Source of the DNA: Tunturiibacter phage Tunturi_4
Reading direction: 5' to 3' (one strand)
Sequence record: PP885687.1
Length of the DNA stretch: 24,000 bases
Both the position numbers and the translations under genes were made by a program. The notes beneath the pieces are model-generated. The model was not told where the DNA came from. It saw only the letters and a program-made list of their open reading frames with translations, and made no database searches. Shown in pieces: positions 1 through 8,553 of this stretch (its first letter is position 1; every line of letters starts with the position of its first letter).

Positions 1-105
1 TTGAGGACAGCTAGGGTGACTCTCCACCCCTCATACTTGCCGCCAGCTAGAAATGCACTGGCGGCGGCGATCATTGCGGTTGAGTCAGGCTGTGACGAGG
101 ACATC

Positions 106-975
106 TTAGATGGTCACCACAGTCTTCGGCTTGGCCGGTGCCTTCGGCTCGACCGGAGCTTCGACGACCGGCGGCTTGGCCGATGCTTCGCCCATCGCAG
201 AGTCGGTGTCGGATTCGGCCTGTTCAGCCTCTTCGTGCGAAGCGTACTCCTGACGCTGCGTTAGGAATTTCTGGTAGAGAGCGCCGAACTGTGCGCGATC
301 CTCTTCGCGGATGAGGCCGATCTCTTCGAACACCATGATGTAGTAGACGCCCTTGGCATCGACCTTGCGAATCGTAGTGATCTTGAACGAGAAGTCGTGG
401 AGCTCCGGGTAGTGACCGTGCTGGGCAAGGTAGAGTTCAGCCAGTCCCGCGATAGTGTCCATCGCCTTCTGGTACTCCGAAACCGACTTGCCGCGAACCG
501 TCAGCTTGTATGGAATCCTAGAGGAGCGATCCACTAGGAACATGACGCGGCGCTCTTTGCACTTCGGAATGTCTTCGCGCTTCTTGCCGTTCTTCTTCCA
601 GCGCGACCAATCGGAGTGCCGACAGGTTGCACAGCGAAGGGCTTGCGCGTTGGCTGCATTGTCGGATGGCGTGATGCCGTCCATCGAGTAGCAGACTGGG
701 GGAACGCCGAACTCGTTGTCGTTTTCGTACATCGAGCGGGGCTTGGTTGGGTCGAAGATCAAGACCGCGTGGATGGAATCGTAGTGCTCTCCGGTCAGGC
801 TGTTGCGGAACTTGCCCTCAAGCGCACCCTCGGCTCGGCTCGTCTTCTGCATGAGCTCGACCTGGGCTGGCTTGACACGGAACGAACTACTCGCGCCACC
901 GAACACGGAGCTACCACCGAAGACAGCCGGGGCGATTGACGTGTTTGTCGTGATGTTGACGAGGTCTGTAGACAT
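106..975 (-). CDS. Conserved phage-type protein with a Cys4-like cluster (CATCRHSDW...CKERR); possible nucleic-acid-binding replication accessory protein
   Basis: Long ORF. The ORF-track start at 1017 lies upstream of the inferred transcription start of the promoter at 1009-1037. The internal start MSTDLVN at 975 has an AAAGG-type ribosome-binding site. Function is inferred only. Confidence 0.75.
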   Translation of the reverse strand: MSTDLVNITTNTSIAPAVFGGSSVFGGASSSFRVKPAQVELMQKTSRAEGALEGKFRNSLTGEHYDSIHAVLIFDPTKPRSMYENDNEFGVPPVCYSMDGITPSDNAANAQALRCATCRHSDWSRWKKNGKKREDIPKCKERRVMFLVDRSSRIPYKLTVRGKSVSEYQKAMDTIAGLAELYLAQHGHYPELHDFSFKITTIRKVDAKGVYYIMVFEEIGLIREEDRAQFGALYQKFLTQRQEYASHEEAEQAESDTDSAMGEASAKPPVVEAPVEPKAPAKPKTVVTI

Positions 976-1008
976 TGTCTGTTGCCTTTCTTTGTTGTGA
1001 CTTGAATG

Positions 1009-1037
1009 ATAGTACACTGGTTTTTATTCAGTGTCAA
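1009..1037 (-). promoter_or_regulatory. Sigma70-like promoter TTGACA-17-TACTAT
   Basis: Minus strand reads AACATCTTGACACTGAATAAAAACCAGTGTACTATCATT, with an exact 17-bp spacer, upstream of the start at 975. Confidence 0.8.
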
Positions 1038-1045
1038 GATGTTTC

Positions 1046-1168
1046 TTAGAGAGAAAGATACTGGACGAACGACATATAGCCGTCGTCTTCGTTGTCGGCC
1101 ACCGGCGTGCAATACATGAAGGAGTCGGAGTCGTATTCCGGCTCCATGACTGATTCCAATTCGACCAT
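1046..1168 (-). CDS. Small acidic 40-aa protein, MVELESVMEPEYDSDSFMYCTPVADNEDDGYMSFVQYLSL (below the ORF-track cutoff)
   Basis: Translated manually; the start is preceded by GAGGAGAGTAGTAA, a strong Shine-Dalgarno-like sequence, and it fills an otherwise empty gap. Confidence 0.5.
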   Translation of the reverse strand: MVELESVMEPEYDSDSFMYCTPVADNEDDGYMSFVQYLSL

Positions 1169-1304
1169 TTACTACTCTCCTCAAATCCTAGCTAGTTGGT
1201 GGATCTCGTCATGACTGACACGTCAGCTAACGTCTTGTCGAATAGCTGAACCTGAACTTTTATATGCCTCCCCTTTCTGAAGCAAGAATGCGTCTGCTCA
1301 CGTT

Positions 1305-1541
1305 TCAAGTTCTTCGGTTGTTGTCTCGCTTGGAAATACCTGCGACCTCACTAAGACTGGAGGTGGCGGCTCTTCTGTCTCGAACATAGTTCTCAGCTCT
1401 CTTGACGAGGTCTTCGATCACGCGAAGCTCATGGATGGTCCCGTCTAACCCTGACAGGTTGACTCTTTGTAGAACCTCGATTCGCTTGGTGATTCGTTGT
1501 CGGATCACGGCTAGGACTTCGTCAGGTTGAAGGTGCCTCAT
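1305..1541 (-). CDS. Hypothetical 78-aa protein
   Basis: Leftward ORF in an otherwise empty gap. Confidence 0.45.
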   Translation of the reverse strand: MRHLQPDEVLAVIRQRITKRIEVLQRVNLSGLDGTIHELRVIEDLVKRAENYVRDRRAATSSLSEVAGISKRDNNRRT

Positions 1542-1638
1542 GCCGCATAGTATATTCGCTTTTTGTTCGCTACGACAAAGTGTGATGTAAACTCATGAGA
1601 CTTCGGCATACCGTGTAAGTCGTTGAGAAAACATAGAT

Positions 1639-1869
1639 GTGAAGGGAAATCACTTGCCACAAGACCAGCTTGCTGCCGCCGTCGTAGTCCTCCTCGTTTG
1701 CTTTTTCGGAGCAATGATTTACTTCCTACCTTGGGGCGTAGCCTCCGCTAGGAAACACAGAAACAGAGCGTCGATCTTTGTTCTAAACCTGTTTTTCGGA
1801 TGGTCGGTTCTAGGTTGGATCATCGCTTTGATCTGGGCCTTCTCAGATAATCGTGAGGCGGTCGCGTAA
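1639..1869 (+). CDS. Small two-helix membrane protein resembling the superinfection-immunity (T4 Imm-like) family
   Basis: Two hydrophobic segments flank RKHRNRASIFVLNLFFGWSVLGWIIALIWAF, which resembles the (K/R)HRN...LNxxFGW...A pattern of the Imm_superinfect family. Confidence 0.7.
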   Translation: MKGNHLPQDQLAAAVVVLLVCFFGAMIYFLPWGVASARKHRNRASIFVLNLFFGWSVLGWIIALIWAFSDNREAVA

Positions 1870-1870
1870 C

Positions 1871-3169
1871 CTACGCCGCCTCTTCTAGCGCGTCTTCATC
1901 GTCGGCTCCTCCGATCTCCGCGAGTCGCTTGGTCAGCCATGCGTCGGCGCAAAGATTCGACTCAGCCACACTGTGCTTATTCGCACGGTGCCGCCTGTAG
2001 ACATCAGCGCGATACGCTCTCGCCTCCTTCTTCTCTGTGCGAATCCTAAGACGCTCTGCCTTCTCAGCGGCCTCCGCTGCTTCCCTTGCAGCCTTCTTCG
2101 CCGCTCTCGCCGCCGCGTTCCTAGCCCGAAGAGTCTGAGTGCAGAACTCGGTCGTCCGGACGGCCTGTAGAAGCGCGACGAAGCAAGCGAGGTCCATCTC
2201 GTAGTCGTCTTCCCAGATGTGCCACTTCTTGAACGCGCCGTCGTACTTTCCTAGCTGAATGACCCAGATGTGTTTGACATCGAGGTCCAGCTCCTCTTTC
2301 AAGGCGTGTTTGTAGGGCGCACCTTGCCAGCGGTAGGTGTCGTAGAGGGCGTTGCTGCTCTTCCAGTCGATGAGCGACAGCACGTCCTTGAACGGCTTCG
2401 CACAGCAGTCAGGATCGTCGCAGCTATCCACGGTACAGACACCGTCCAGCGTCCCGGCTATGTCGAACTTTCGGCTGTAGACCTTCCGTTCGGTGTAAAT
2501 CCAGCGGACATTATGCTTCCGCATCCAGTCGAGCGCGGCCTCACAGCACGAGATCGCCCGTTCGTCCATCTTCGCCCGTTGATCTTCGAGCTCGACGAGT
2601 AGAACGTCATTGCCGGCGATTTTAGCTAGGACGTATTTTTCTAGCCAGTCGTGAGCTTCTTTGCCTATGTCAGTCGCGGTCTTCGAGGCTTCGCGGTAGT
2701 TCTTCTTGGCCTCGTCTAGGGTTGTGAACAACCACTCCTGAAGATGCAGGGGATCTTGCATGATCGTGGAGAGCTGCTCGGGGTCTAGGTCTAAGAAATC
2801 GGCCTTGACGTAGCCGACCGTCTCGTTGACTGCCCACGGCATGAGTACCTGGGACTTGTCTTTGATTCCTAGGATGGTGGTGACGCCGGGGACGATGATC
2901 CACTTCGCCATGCCATCGACCATCGTCAGGCGCGTGTATTCGTGCTCGACCTTATCGAAGCGTAGCTTGATCGTCTCATAGGTCCCGTCGTCGTTCTTGA
3001 AGACGAACGTGTATTCCTCAGCCTGAGAGCCATTCGACTCTTTGAACTTCTCCATCTCAGAGCGATGGTCTGTGAGCTCTTCTTCGTCGTAGCTGCTAAA
3101 GCCACTTTTAGGTTTTTCCTGAAAGCGGCCTTTGCCGTGACTCTTCAAGAATGACGTCATGCTGGACAT
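1871..3169 (-). CDS. PD-(D/E)XK nuclease-like protein (RecB/Cas4-type phage exonuclease)
   Basis: IAGTLDGVCTVD...LSLIDWKSS followed by YRWQGAPYKHAL fits motif II, motif III (D-x-K) and QxxxY-like features. The likely start is MSSMTSF with upstream AGAAAGG. Confidence 0.75.
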   Translation of the reverse strand: MSSMTSFLKSHGKGRFQEKPKSGFSSYDEEELTDHRSEMEKFKESNGSQAEEYTFVFKNDDGTYETIKLRFDKVEHEYTRLTMVDGMAKWIIVPGVTTILGIKDKSQVLMPWAVNETVGYVKADFLDLDPEQLSTIMQDPLHLQEWLFTTLDEAKKNYREASKTATDIGKEAHDWLEKYVLAKIAGNDVLLVELEDQRAKMDERAISCCEAALDWMRKHNVRWIYTERKVYSRKFDIAGTLDGVCTVDSCDDPDCCAKPFKDVLSLIDWKSSNALYDTYRWQGAPYKHALKEELDLDVKHIWVIQLGKYDGAFKKWHIWEDDYEMDLACFVALLQAVRTTEFCTQTLRARNAAARAAKKAAREAAEAAEKAERLRIRTEKKEARAYRADVYRRHRANKHSVAESNLCADAWLTKRLAEIGGADDEDALEEAA

Positions 3170-3218
3170 AGGGTTTTCCTTTCTCTGCACACTGTGCAGC
3201 GGTGGTCTAATTTAGGTG

Positions 3219-3737
3219 TCAAGCGGTTTTGCGTAACGAACGAGAGTGAATCAACAGATTGGACATCTCGCGGTGCAGTTCGCCCTCGCGTTGCTGGACG
3301 GCGCTGCTAAGATTTGTAGCGTGAACGCTGGTAGTCTCCGGACTTAGTGCTGTGACTTGAGGCTCTAGGAGGTCAGCGTCGATCAAGTGGACAGATTCGT
3401 CGGTCGCCATGTTGCGGCGGTGCATCTCGTTTTCGAGAGTGGAGTTGCTTGTGAAGTAGGTCTGATGGACTTCGCCGTCATTACCCACGTCGTCGTATCT
3501 GCGAAGAATAGGCACGTCTCCGAGTTCTAGTTGGCAGCTAACACAAAACCTAGCTGAGGGCATTGCTCGTAGACGTGCCTGGGAGAGATCAGTGTTGCAG
3601 GGTCCAGCGCATTTCCTTGTTTTGAGTGTGGCAACCTGTGACGATAAGGGAGGGGTTGCCACAACTGACCGAGTCGATGATGTAACAATTGATTCCTGCA
3701 TGAATATATGCCCTTTGTGCTCTTTGTATTGCCCCAA
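3219..3737 (-). CDS. Protein with a DksA/TraR-like C4 zinc finger
   Basis: CAGPCNTDLSQARLRAMPSARFCVSCQ resembles the CxxC...ARLxAxPxAxxCxxCQ zinc finger of DksA/TraR proteins. Confidence 0.6.
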   Translation of the reverse strand: MGQYKEHKGHIFMQESIVTSSTRSVVATPPLSSQVATLKTRKCAGPCNTDLSQARLRAMPSARFCVSCQLELGDVPILRRYDDVGNDGEVHQTYFTSNSTLENEMHRRNMATDESVHLIDADLLEPQVTALSPETTSVHATNLSSAVQQREGELHREMSNLLIHSRSLRKTA

Positions 3738-3837
3738 CCTAACTTGTCATCCTTGCCGCCCCGTTGAGGGTTGGACTGCAAGGTCGAACTGATGAACGGG
3801 CTAATCTGTGCATCGTTCCTCCATGTGGACTTTCTAA

Positions 3838-3866
3838 ACAATACAGCAGTTTCAAGTGTGTGTCAA
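3838..3866 (-). promoter_or_regulatory. Sigma70-like promoter TTGACA-17-TATTGT
   Basis: Minus strand reads AACATCTTGACACACACTTGAAACTGCTGTATTGTTTAG, with a 17-bp spacer, upstream of the 3219-3737 gene. Confidence 0.75.
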
Positions 3867-4105
3867 GATGTTATTTTCAACCTCGCACCTTTGTTGTCAT
3901 CCCTGCGAGTGCGGTGCGCTTCCTCACAGGGTCTTACTGATGAGCGACTAAGTCTGTGCATCGAATCCCCATTATCTCGACGTCATGTTTACTAACTCGT
4001 GACGTCTACATATAAAGACGCTGGCACATCCACTTTGGATGCTTGTCCAGACGATAATTTAGTGTCCTATTTCAGAACACCAAAACTTGGCTGAGGGTGC
4101 GTCTA

Positions 4106-5203
4106 TCAAGCTGCGACCTCTACATATTTCTTCCGACCTATAGCTTGGCTCAATCCAATCGCCGGTCGTTCCACTGCCAGATAGAATCCCCACGAAATCA
4201 AGACAGAGATCGGCAGGAACGCTAAGAGGATGGTGATGGGACTGAACTTCGCATGGAAGATAGCTATCATCGACCACAAGACGGTCGCATGGACTAGGTA
4301 GAGGCTGTAAGAGATCTTCCCTAGGAAGGTCGGCACAGCGTGGTTGAGTAGCTTGATGGCGGTCTCAGAACTGAGTCCAATGACGATCAGGCTGACCGCG
4401 CCGAGTGCCACCGGCATATCGCCTAGATGCCACAGCCGAGTCGTTAGTAGGAGATGCCCTTGGCTGTAAGCCACGAACGCCGCGACGGAGAACGTCACTT
4501 TCTGCCACAGAGACAGACCGCGATAAAAGGTCTGCACAGCCTTTCTCTTGTCAGCCAGAAGGACACCCATGAAGAAGATTCCCATGTAGCCGATGGTCGT
4601 TAGGTTAGGGTTCAAGATTCCAATCAACCCGAGGGAGACTGTCATCACCACCGCCGCCAACGTGGTCGCCCGTTTGTAGACGAACATCATTGCGGGAAAC
4701 AGAAGGGATACGCGGAGCTCGTAGATCAGCGACCAAAACACGACGTTGTACCGGGCCTTGTCGTAGTCTCCTAGGAAGAGCACTTGGTTGATGACGGAGC
4801 GAACGTCTACCGGATAGCTCCATGTCGAGGTTACGGTGTTCACTACTCGCCCATGCCATAGAGCACAGCCAACCACCGCCAACGTCAGCGCGGCAAGATA
4901 CGGAAGGTAAATCCTAGCAAGCCTACGTTTGATGAAGGTGCGATAAGGCTTTTGTTTGTTGCCTAGGTATGGAAGCGACAAGACAAAGCCGCTCAACACG
5001 AAAAACAACATCACGGCCTCGTGTCCACCTAGAAATGTCTCCACTAGATTCGACGGGGGAGACGCTGTGAAGATCATACGAGCGTGGACTAGCACCACGA
5101 TCAAAGCGGCGACGCCTCTCAAAGAATCAAGTTGTTCGTATCTGTGTGGTTGGGAATGGACTGTTTTAGGCGCAGGGGCAGAAAAGGCTCGGGTGCCGGT
5201 CAT
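4106..5203 (-). CDS. Acyltransferase 3 (OafA/YrhL-like) multi-pass membrane O-acyltransferase
   Basis: QLDSLRGVAALIVVLVHA near the N-terminus, about ten hydrophobic helices, and SYSLYLVHATV are typical of acyltransferase_3 proteins. Confidence 0.9.
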   Translation of the reverse strand: MTGTRAFSAPAPKTVHSQPHRYEQLDSLRGVAALIVVLVHARMIFTASPPSNLVETFLGGHEAVMLFFVLSGFVLSLPYLGNKQKPYRTFIKRRLARIYLPYLAALTLAVVGCALWHGRVVNTVTSTWSYPVDVRSVINQVLFLGDYDKARYNVVFWSLIYELRVSLLFPAMMFVYKRATTLAAVVMTVSLGLIGILNPNLTTIGYMGIFFMGVLLADKRKAVQTFYRGLSLWQKVTFSVAAFVAYSQGHLLLTTRLWHLGDMPVALGAVSLIVIGLSSETAIKLLNHAVPTFLGKISYSLYLVHATVLWSMIAIFHAKFSPITILLAFLPISVLISWGFYLAVERPAIGLSQAIGRKKYVEVAA

Positions 5204-5248
5204 TGTTGCCTTTCGTATTTAGGGAAGTGTCAGAATAACACACCGTTT

Positions 5249-5446
5249 TTAGGTGTGTGTTTTTCCACCGTCCCAAATTGGGACACTGTCCTGCTTTTCG
5301 GTGTGGGTGTCCTCGATGCTGTGGATTTCGGGGACGTAACCCTTCAGCTCCTTGGCGACTTGCTTACGTGCTGCCTTAGCTGACTTGGCTGGGACTAGGA
5401 ACCGCATTGCGTTCACTTGCTCTGTGTAGACTGCGTAGACCTTCAC
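5249..5446 (-). CDS. Hypothetical 65-aa protein
   Basis: Leftward ORF whose start overlaps the stop region of the next upstream gene. Confidence 0.55.
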   Translation of the reverse strand: MKVYAVYTEQVNAMRFLVPAKSAKAARKQVAKELKGYVPEIHSIEDTHTEKQDSVPIWDGGKTHT

Positions 5447-5823
5447 TCTTCGTTCCCTCTCACCCGCGCCAGGACGGGGTCGCTAGGATCGACGCCGTTT
5501 GCCACGGCCATCTCTCGGTAGGTTGGGTACAGCGGAAAGCCGCCGTCGGTGACCTCGTCAACGTTGATGCGGCCCTTCATCTGCGATATCCGGACAGCAA
5601 AGTTGTGGTGACTGTGACGCATGAGGAAGCCAGCGCACGTCGCCGGGTTGCTCTGCCCACTCATGTGACAAGCGAACGTTGAGTCCGCCATATCGTAGGA
5701 GGTTGGGGCAGAGGTTCGGTAAGCCTCAGGTGGGAAGACGCCGGTCGGAACATCCTTGCGCCAAGGGCATTGCTCGCAGGGCTTGACGCAACGGACATGC
5801 TTCTCGCCGCCGCGACTGACCAT
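5443..5823 (-). CDS. DUF6283-like Cys-rich phage protein
   Basis: CEQCPWRKDVPTGVFPPEAYR...FACHMS...CAGFLMRHSHHNFAVR. The longer ORF start at 5937 overlaps the upstream gene, so the internal start near 5823 is preferred. Confidence 0.7.
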   Translation of the reverse strand: MVSRGGEKHVRCVKPCEQCPWRKDVPTGVFPPEAYRTSAPTSYDMADSTFACHMSGQSNPATCAGFLMRHSHHNFAVRISQMKGRINVDEVTDGGFPLYPTYREMAVANGVDPSDPVLARVRGNEE

Positions 5824-5885
5824 CCTAGTAACGCCATACTCGTCGGAACAGACCTTCGTTCCTTGGATCTCAACTATTCGTTGCC

Positions 5886-6353
5886 TCAATTCATGACCTC
5901 CTCGTGGTCGCCCAGCCACGTCACGTCCAGCGTCCATTCGCGTTTACTGCGCTCGTGGAACTGAACGAATGCGGCAGCTATGTGTGCGTCTACTTGCTTC
6001 TGGCTCCAGTTGTTCACGCGAACCAACTGCCAGAGAACGGCTTCCATCGTTTTCAGGTCTTTCTTTTCGGCGATGAGGCGACCGACGTGCTTTACGTGGT
6101 GGCAGGTCGGACACAGGCAAATGAGGCCGACTAGCTTCTGCACACTGTGCAGGTCGTCGAACTCCCACCGCTCATGACACTCAACTTTTCCGTTCTTACC
6201 GGTGCCGCTGCATATTTCACACTTGTTGCCAGCGGCGGCGTAGACATTCAGCCGGACTTTCTTCCAGACACTAGGGGCTAGGATCGCCCGAAGATTAGCA
6301 CCCCACATGCTCGCGGGAACAAGCTCGACTGTTAGCTTAGGTTGCTTGGTCAT
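5886..6353 (-). CDS. HNH-endonuclease-like protein
   Basis: CEICSGTGKNGKVECHERWEFDD...LICLCPTCHHVKHVG is an HNH-like zinc arrangement. The start is probably MTKQPKL. Confidence 0.6.
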   Translation of the reverse strand: MTKQPKLTVELVPASMWGANLRAILAPSVWKKVRLNVYAAAGNKCEICSGTGKNGKVECHERWEFDDLHSVQKLVGLICLCPTCHHVKHVGRLIAEKKDLKTMEAVLWQLVRVNNWSQKQVDAHIAAAFVQFHERSKREWTLDVTWLGDHEEVMN

Positions 6354-6508
6354 ATCTCCATCCCCTGCTCTCTCATCTGCTCCTCGGTCATCGCCGGGGC
6401 TATGCATCTACAGCAACCGTCGCCGTCGTACCAGCAGCGGCAATGCCACTTCCCTTCCTCGTCGGCGTGACCGACCGGGCAGGTTTCATCGAAGTCGTCC
6501 TCGTTCAT
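6350..6508 (-). CDS. Small Cys-rich 52-aa protein (MNEDDFDETCPVGH...)
   Basis: ATGA-type overlap with the downstream gene start at 6353; Cys/His-rich composition. Confidence 0.55.
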   Translation of the reverse strand: MNEDDFDETCPVGHADEEGKWHCRCWYDGDGCCRCIAPAMTEEQMREQGMEI

Positions 6509-6515
6509 GACTCTC

Positions 6516-6839
6516 CTAGATCGTAATGACTGACTTGTTCTTTTTGGGTGTGGTGACGATGTTGAACTTGATGGGTGACATCTTGATTCGCTCGATGGCA
6601 CGGCGGACCTTGGCGTTGGGCTTGTTCGGCTTCTCCAGCGCGTAGAGCAGCACTAGGAAGTAGCAAGGCGACCAGCCGAAGCAGATGTTTAGAGCGATGA
6701 CCAGTAATGGGTTTCTGTGATCGCGGGTCTTTGCTAGGACCGTGGGTAGAAAGTAAAGGGCAATGATGGGGTGGTGAAGAAGAACGGCCACCCAAAGTAT
6801 CCAGGTGACCGTCTTGGTTTGCTCAGATGTGAGAGACAT
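6516..6839 (-). CDS. Second superinfection-immunity-like small membrane protein
   Basis: YFLPTVLAKTRDHRNPLLVIALNICFGWSPCYFLVLLYALE carries the same RxHRNxxxxxxLNxxFGW pattern as the 1639-1869 protein. Confidence 0.6.
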   Translation of the reverse strand: MSLTSEQTKTVTWILWVAVLLHHPIIALYFLPTVLAKTRDHRNPLLVIALNICFGWSPCYFLVLLYALEKPNKPNAKVRRAIERIKMSPIKFNIVTTPKKNKSVITI

Positions 6840-7082
6840 TCAACTCGCTTTCGTGAGAGCCTCTTCGAGCACTCGGTAAGGCGCGTTCCAGCCCATGCAC
6901 ACGAATTGCCACCGGCGCTCGCTGCCCTCCAGCCATGTGTTCATGACCATCGGGAGAGGTTTCGCTAGGAGGCAGAGTCCGGAGTAGTTGGGGAGTGGAT
7001 CGTGCGTGCGGGGGTCGTAACAGACTTTGTTGGTTATGTCCCAGATCGCGTCAGGAACCGCGAAGGTGTCAGCCCTAGGCAT
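6840..7082 (-). CDS. Hypothetical 80-aa protein
   Basis: Packed within the leftward operon; starts overlap by a few bp with neighbours. Confidence 0.55.
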   Translation of the reverse strand: MPRADTFAVPDAIWDITNKVCYDPRTHDPLPNYSGLCLLAKPLPMVMNTWLEGSERRWQFVCMGWNAPYRVLEEALTKAS

Positions 7083-7443
7083 CGTCTGACAATCCGATCA
7101 GCCTAGCCGTCATGTTGAAGGCTTGCGCCGGATCGTCATCGAAAGCAGCAGCTACCTTCGGGCTAATCCGGCGCATTATGTCGTACAAGTGCGCTCGGTA
7201 CTTATGTGATTGCCCGAAATACTGACTAGCCACCGCGTCATGTAGGACGTGGTTCAATAGCTCGGTCAAACCCTCTACTGTTGTGGGCAGCTCAGGCGCG
7301 TGGACTCGATCCCACTCTTCCGCAGCTACAGTTCGGTTTATTTCCTCACCCCACATTCCTACGAAGTTTTCGCGTGTCTCGTCGGGGAATGCTTCGGCGG
7401 CTTGCTTGATGATTAGGCGGCGGGTTTCCTCTGTGATCGCCAT
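7075..7443 (-). CDS. Hypothetical 122-aa protein
   Basis: The start MAITEE at 7443 overlaps the upstream stop (TAATG arrangement), suggesting translational coupling. Confidence 0.65.
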   Translation of the reverse strand: MAITEETRRLIIKQAAEAFPDETRENFVGMWGEEINRTVAAEEWDRVHAPELPTTVEGLTELLNHVLHDAVASQYFGQSHKYRAHLYDIMRRISPKVAAAFDDDPAQAFNMTARLIGLSDDA

Positions 7444-7772
7444 TACGCCGCCGTCCGTAGCCTGATTGGTGTCTGGTGCTTGTCGCAGAACCGCTGGATC
7501 GCTCCGGCCAAGTCGCCCCGGTTGCACTCTAGGATCATGAGCCGATAGTCGCGGTACATCTTCTCCAGGTCGAACCCGTTCCGCTTGGCTTGGTTCATGC
7601 CGCGAAGGTAGTTGCCGTCTTGGACGGATGAAAGAACCATCAGTAGTACGTCGGCTTCGCGCTCTTTGCCGGGTACAGGCGTTCCGTTGAGTTGCAAGTA
7701 ACCCTTGCGGATGTTGCGGATGAATGACGGCGTCACGCGACCGCCAGCACGTCGTTTCTGTTTGAAGAGCAT
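7443..7772 (-). CDS. Hypothetical 109-aa protein
   Basis: ORF in operon context, coupled to the next gene through TAATG. Confidence 0.6.
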   Translation of the reverse strand: MLFKQKRRAGGRVTPSFIRNIRKGYLQLNGTPVPGKEREADVLLMVLSSVQDGNYLRGMNQAKRNGFDLEKMYRDYRLMILECNRGDLAGAIQRFCDKHQTPIRLRTAA

Positions 7773-7787
7773 GGGGAGTTCCCTTTC

Positions 7788-7988
7788 TTACAGCCGGTTA
7801 GTGAGGATGAAGAACGCCAGTGATAGAACGACGCCGGACACTGTCAGTCCAAAGGACATTGCCAGCCGCCGCAGTTCGGTAATGTTTGTGATTGGGGTAT
7901 CTACGAAGTCGTAGACGGTGAAGGTGGACTTGAGTGCGAAGATGCATCCTAGGGCGATGAGTGCGAGGCTTACATAAAACGTCGTCAT
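7788..7988 (-). CDS. Small two-helix membrane protein
   Basis: Two hydrophobic segments (VSLALIALGCIFAL and MSFGLTVSGVVLSLAFFIL). Confidence 0.55.
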   Translation of the reverse strand: MTTFYVSLALIALGCIFALKSTFTVYDFVDTPITNITELRRLAMSFGLTVSGVVLSLAFFILTNRL

Positions 7989-7991
7989 CGT

Positions 7992-8471
7992 CTATCCCTT
8001 CGCAGCCTCGTCGATGCAGCCCATTTCTGTGAGTTTTTCGTCGAAGAAGTCGTCAATCTCTTCCATGTACTCGCCATCCCACTGACGGCCCACATGCAGC
8101 GTGTTGAACTCATTCGCCCAACGAAGGAGCGTGTCCATAGTCTCGCGGGAATCAGGGAAATACTTGCTCATCTCACCTGTGTGCTGCGCTGCACATAGGC
8201 CGTAGTTCACGCACAGGTCGTAGAACGTCTCCATAGCGTCAGTGCGTGTAAGGATCGTCAGACCGGACTGCTCCGCTTCCTTGGCCATCTCTTCATCAGT
8301 GGCAACCGTTCCGTGTGTCGGTGTCGGCGCTTCGTGGACGATGTCAAGCATCAGGTCTCGCGGGTTGAAGCCTAGGTGCTTGATCTTGGTGACCAGTGCG
8401 ACCGTCTCGGCTTGAAGCGTTTTTACTTGACCAAACTCAACTGCCTTTACGAACTCATCGAGGGACGTCAT
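7992..8471 (-). CDS. Hypothetical 159-aa protein
   Basis: Long leftward ORF adjacent to packed genes, with a CTC/GGAG-like site upstream. Confidence 0.65.
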   Translation of the reverse strand: MTSLDEFVKAVEFGQVKTLQAETVALVTKIKHLGFNPRDLMLDIVHEAPTPTHGTVATDEEMAKEAEQSGLTILTRTDAMETFYDLCVNYGLCAAQHTGEMSKYFPDSRETMDTLLRWANEFNTLHVGRQWDGEYMEEIDDFFDEKLTEMGCIDEAAKG

Positions 8472-8553
8472 TTCACTCTCCTGTGAAGGTTTTGTTGCGC
8501 TAGGATTCCGCGGACTCCCAGGTGATTCCTAGGAGCCGCCGGGTTGTGTTTGC

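Noticed and set aside
121-165. Additional twister-like loop GGCCAAGCC on the minus strand
   Set aside because: It lies in the PAKPK coding repeat, lacks UAAUGC and CGCAGA, and has no P1 partner.
106-1017. ORF-track start MYYHSSHNK at 1017
   Set aside because: It lies at the -10 region of a near-perfect promoter, so it would not be in the transcript; the start at 975 is preferred.
3937-3960. CTGATGAG followed by a small GAC/GTC hairpin, resembling a hammerhead ribozyme core
   Set aside because: The required GAAA segment (only CGAATC is present) and flanking stems are missing.
5221-5260. ACACACC-taaaaac-GGTGTGT upstream of the acyltransferase as a full promoter
   Set aside because: The dyad resembles the operator part of the other promoters, but no TTGACA is present at the right distance; kept only as a possible degenerate copy.
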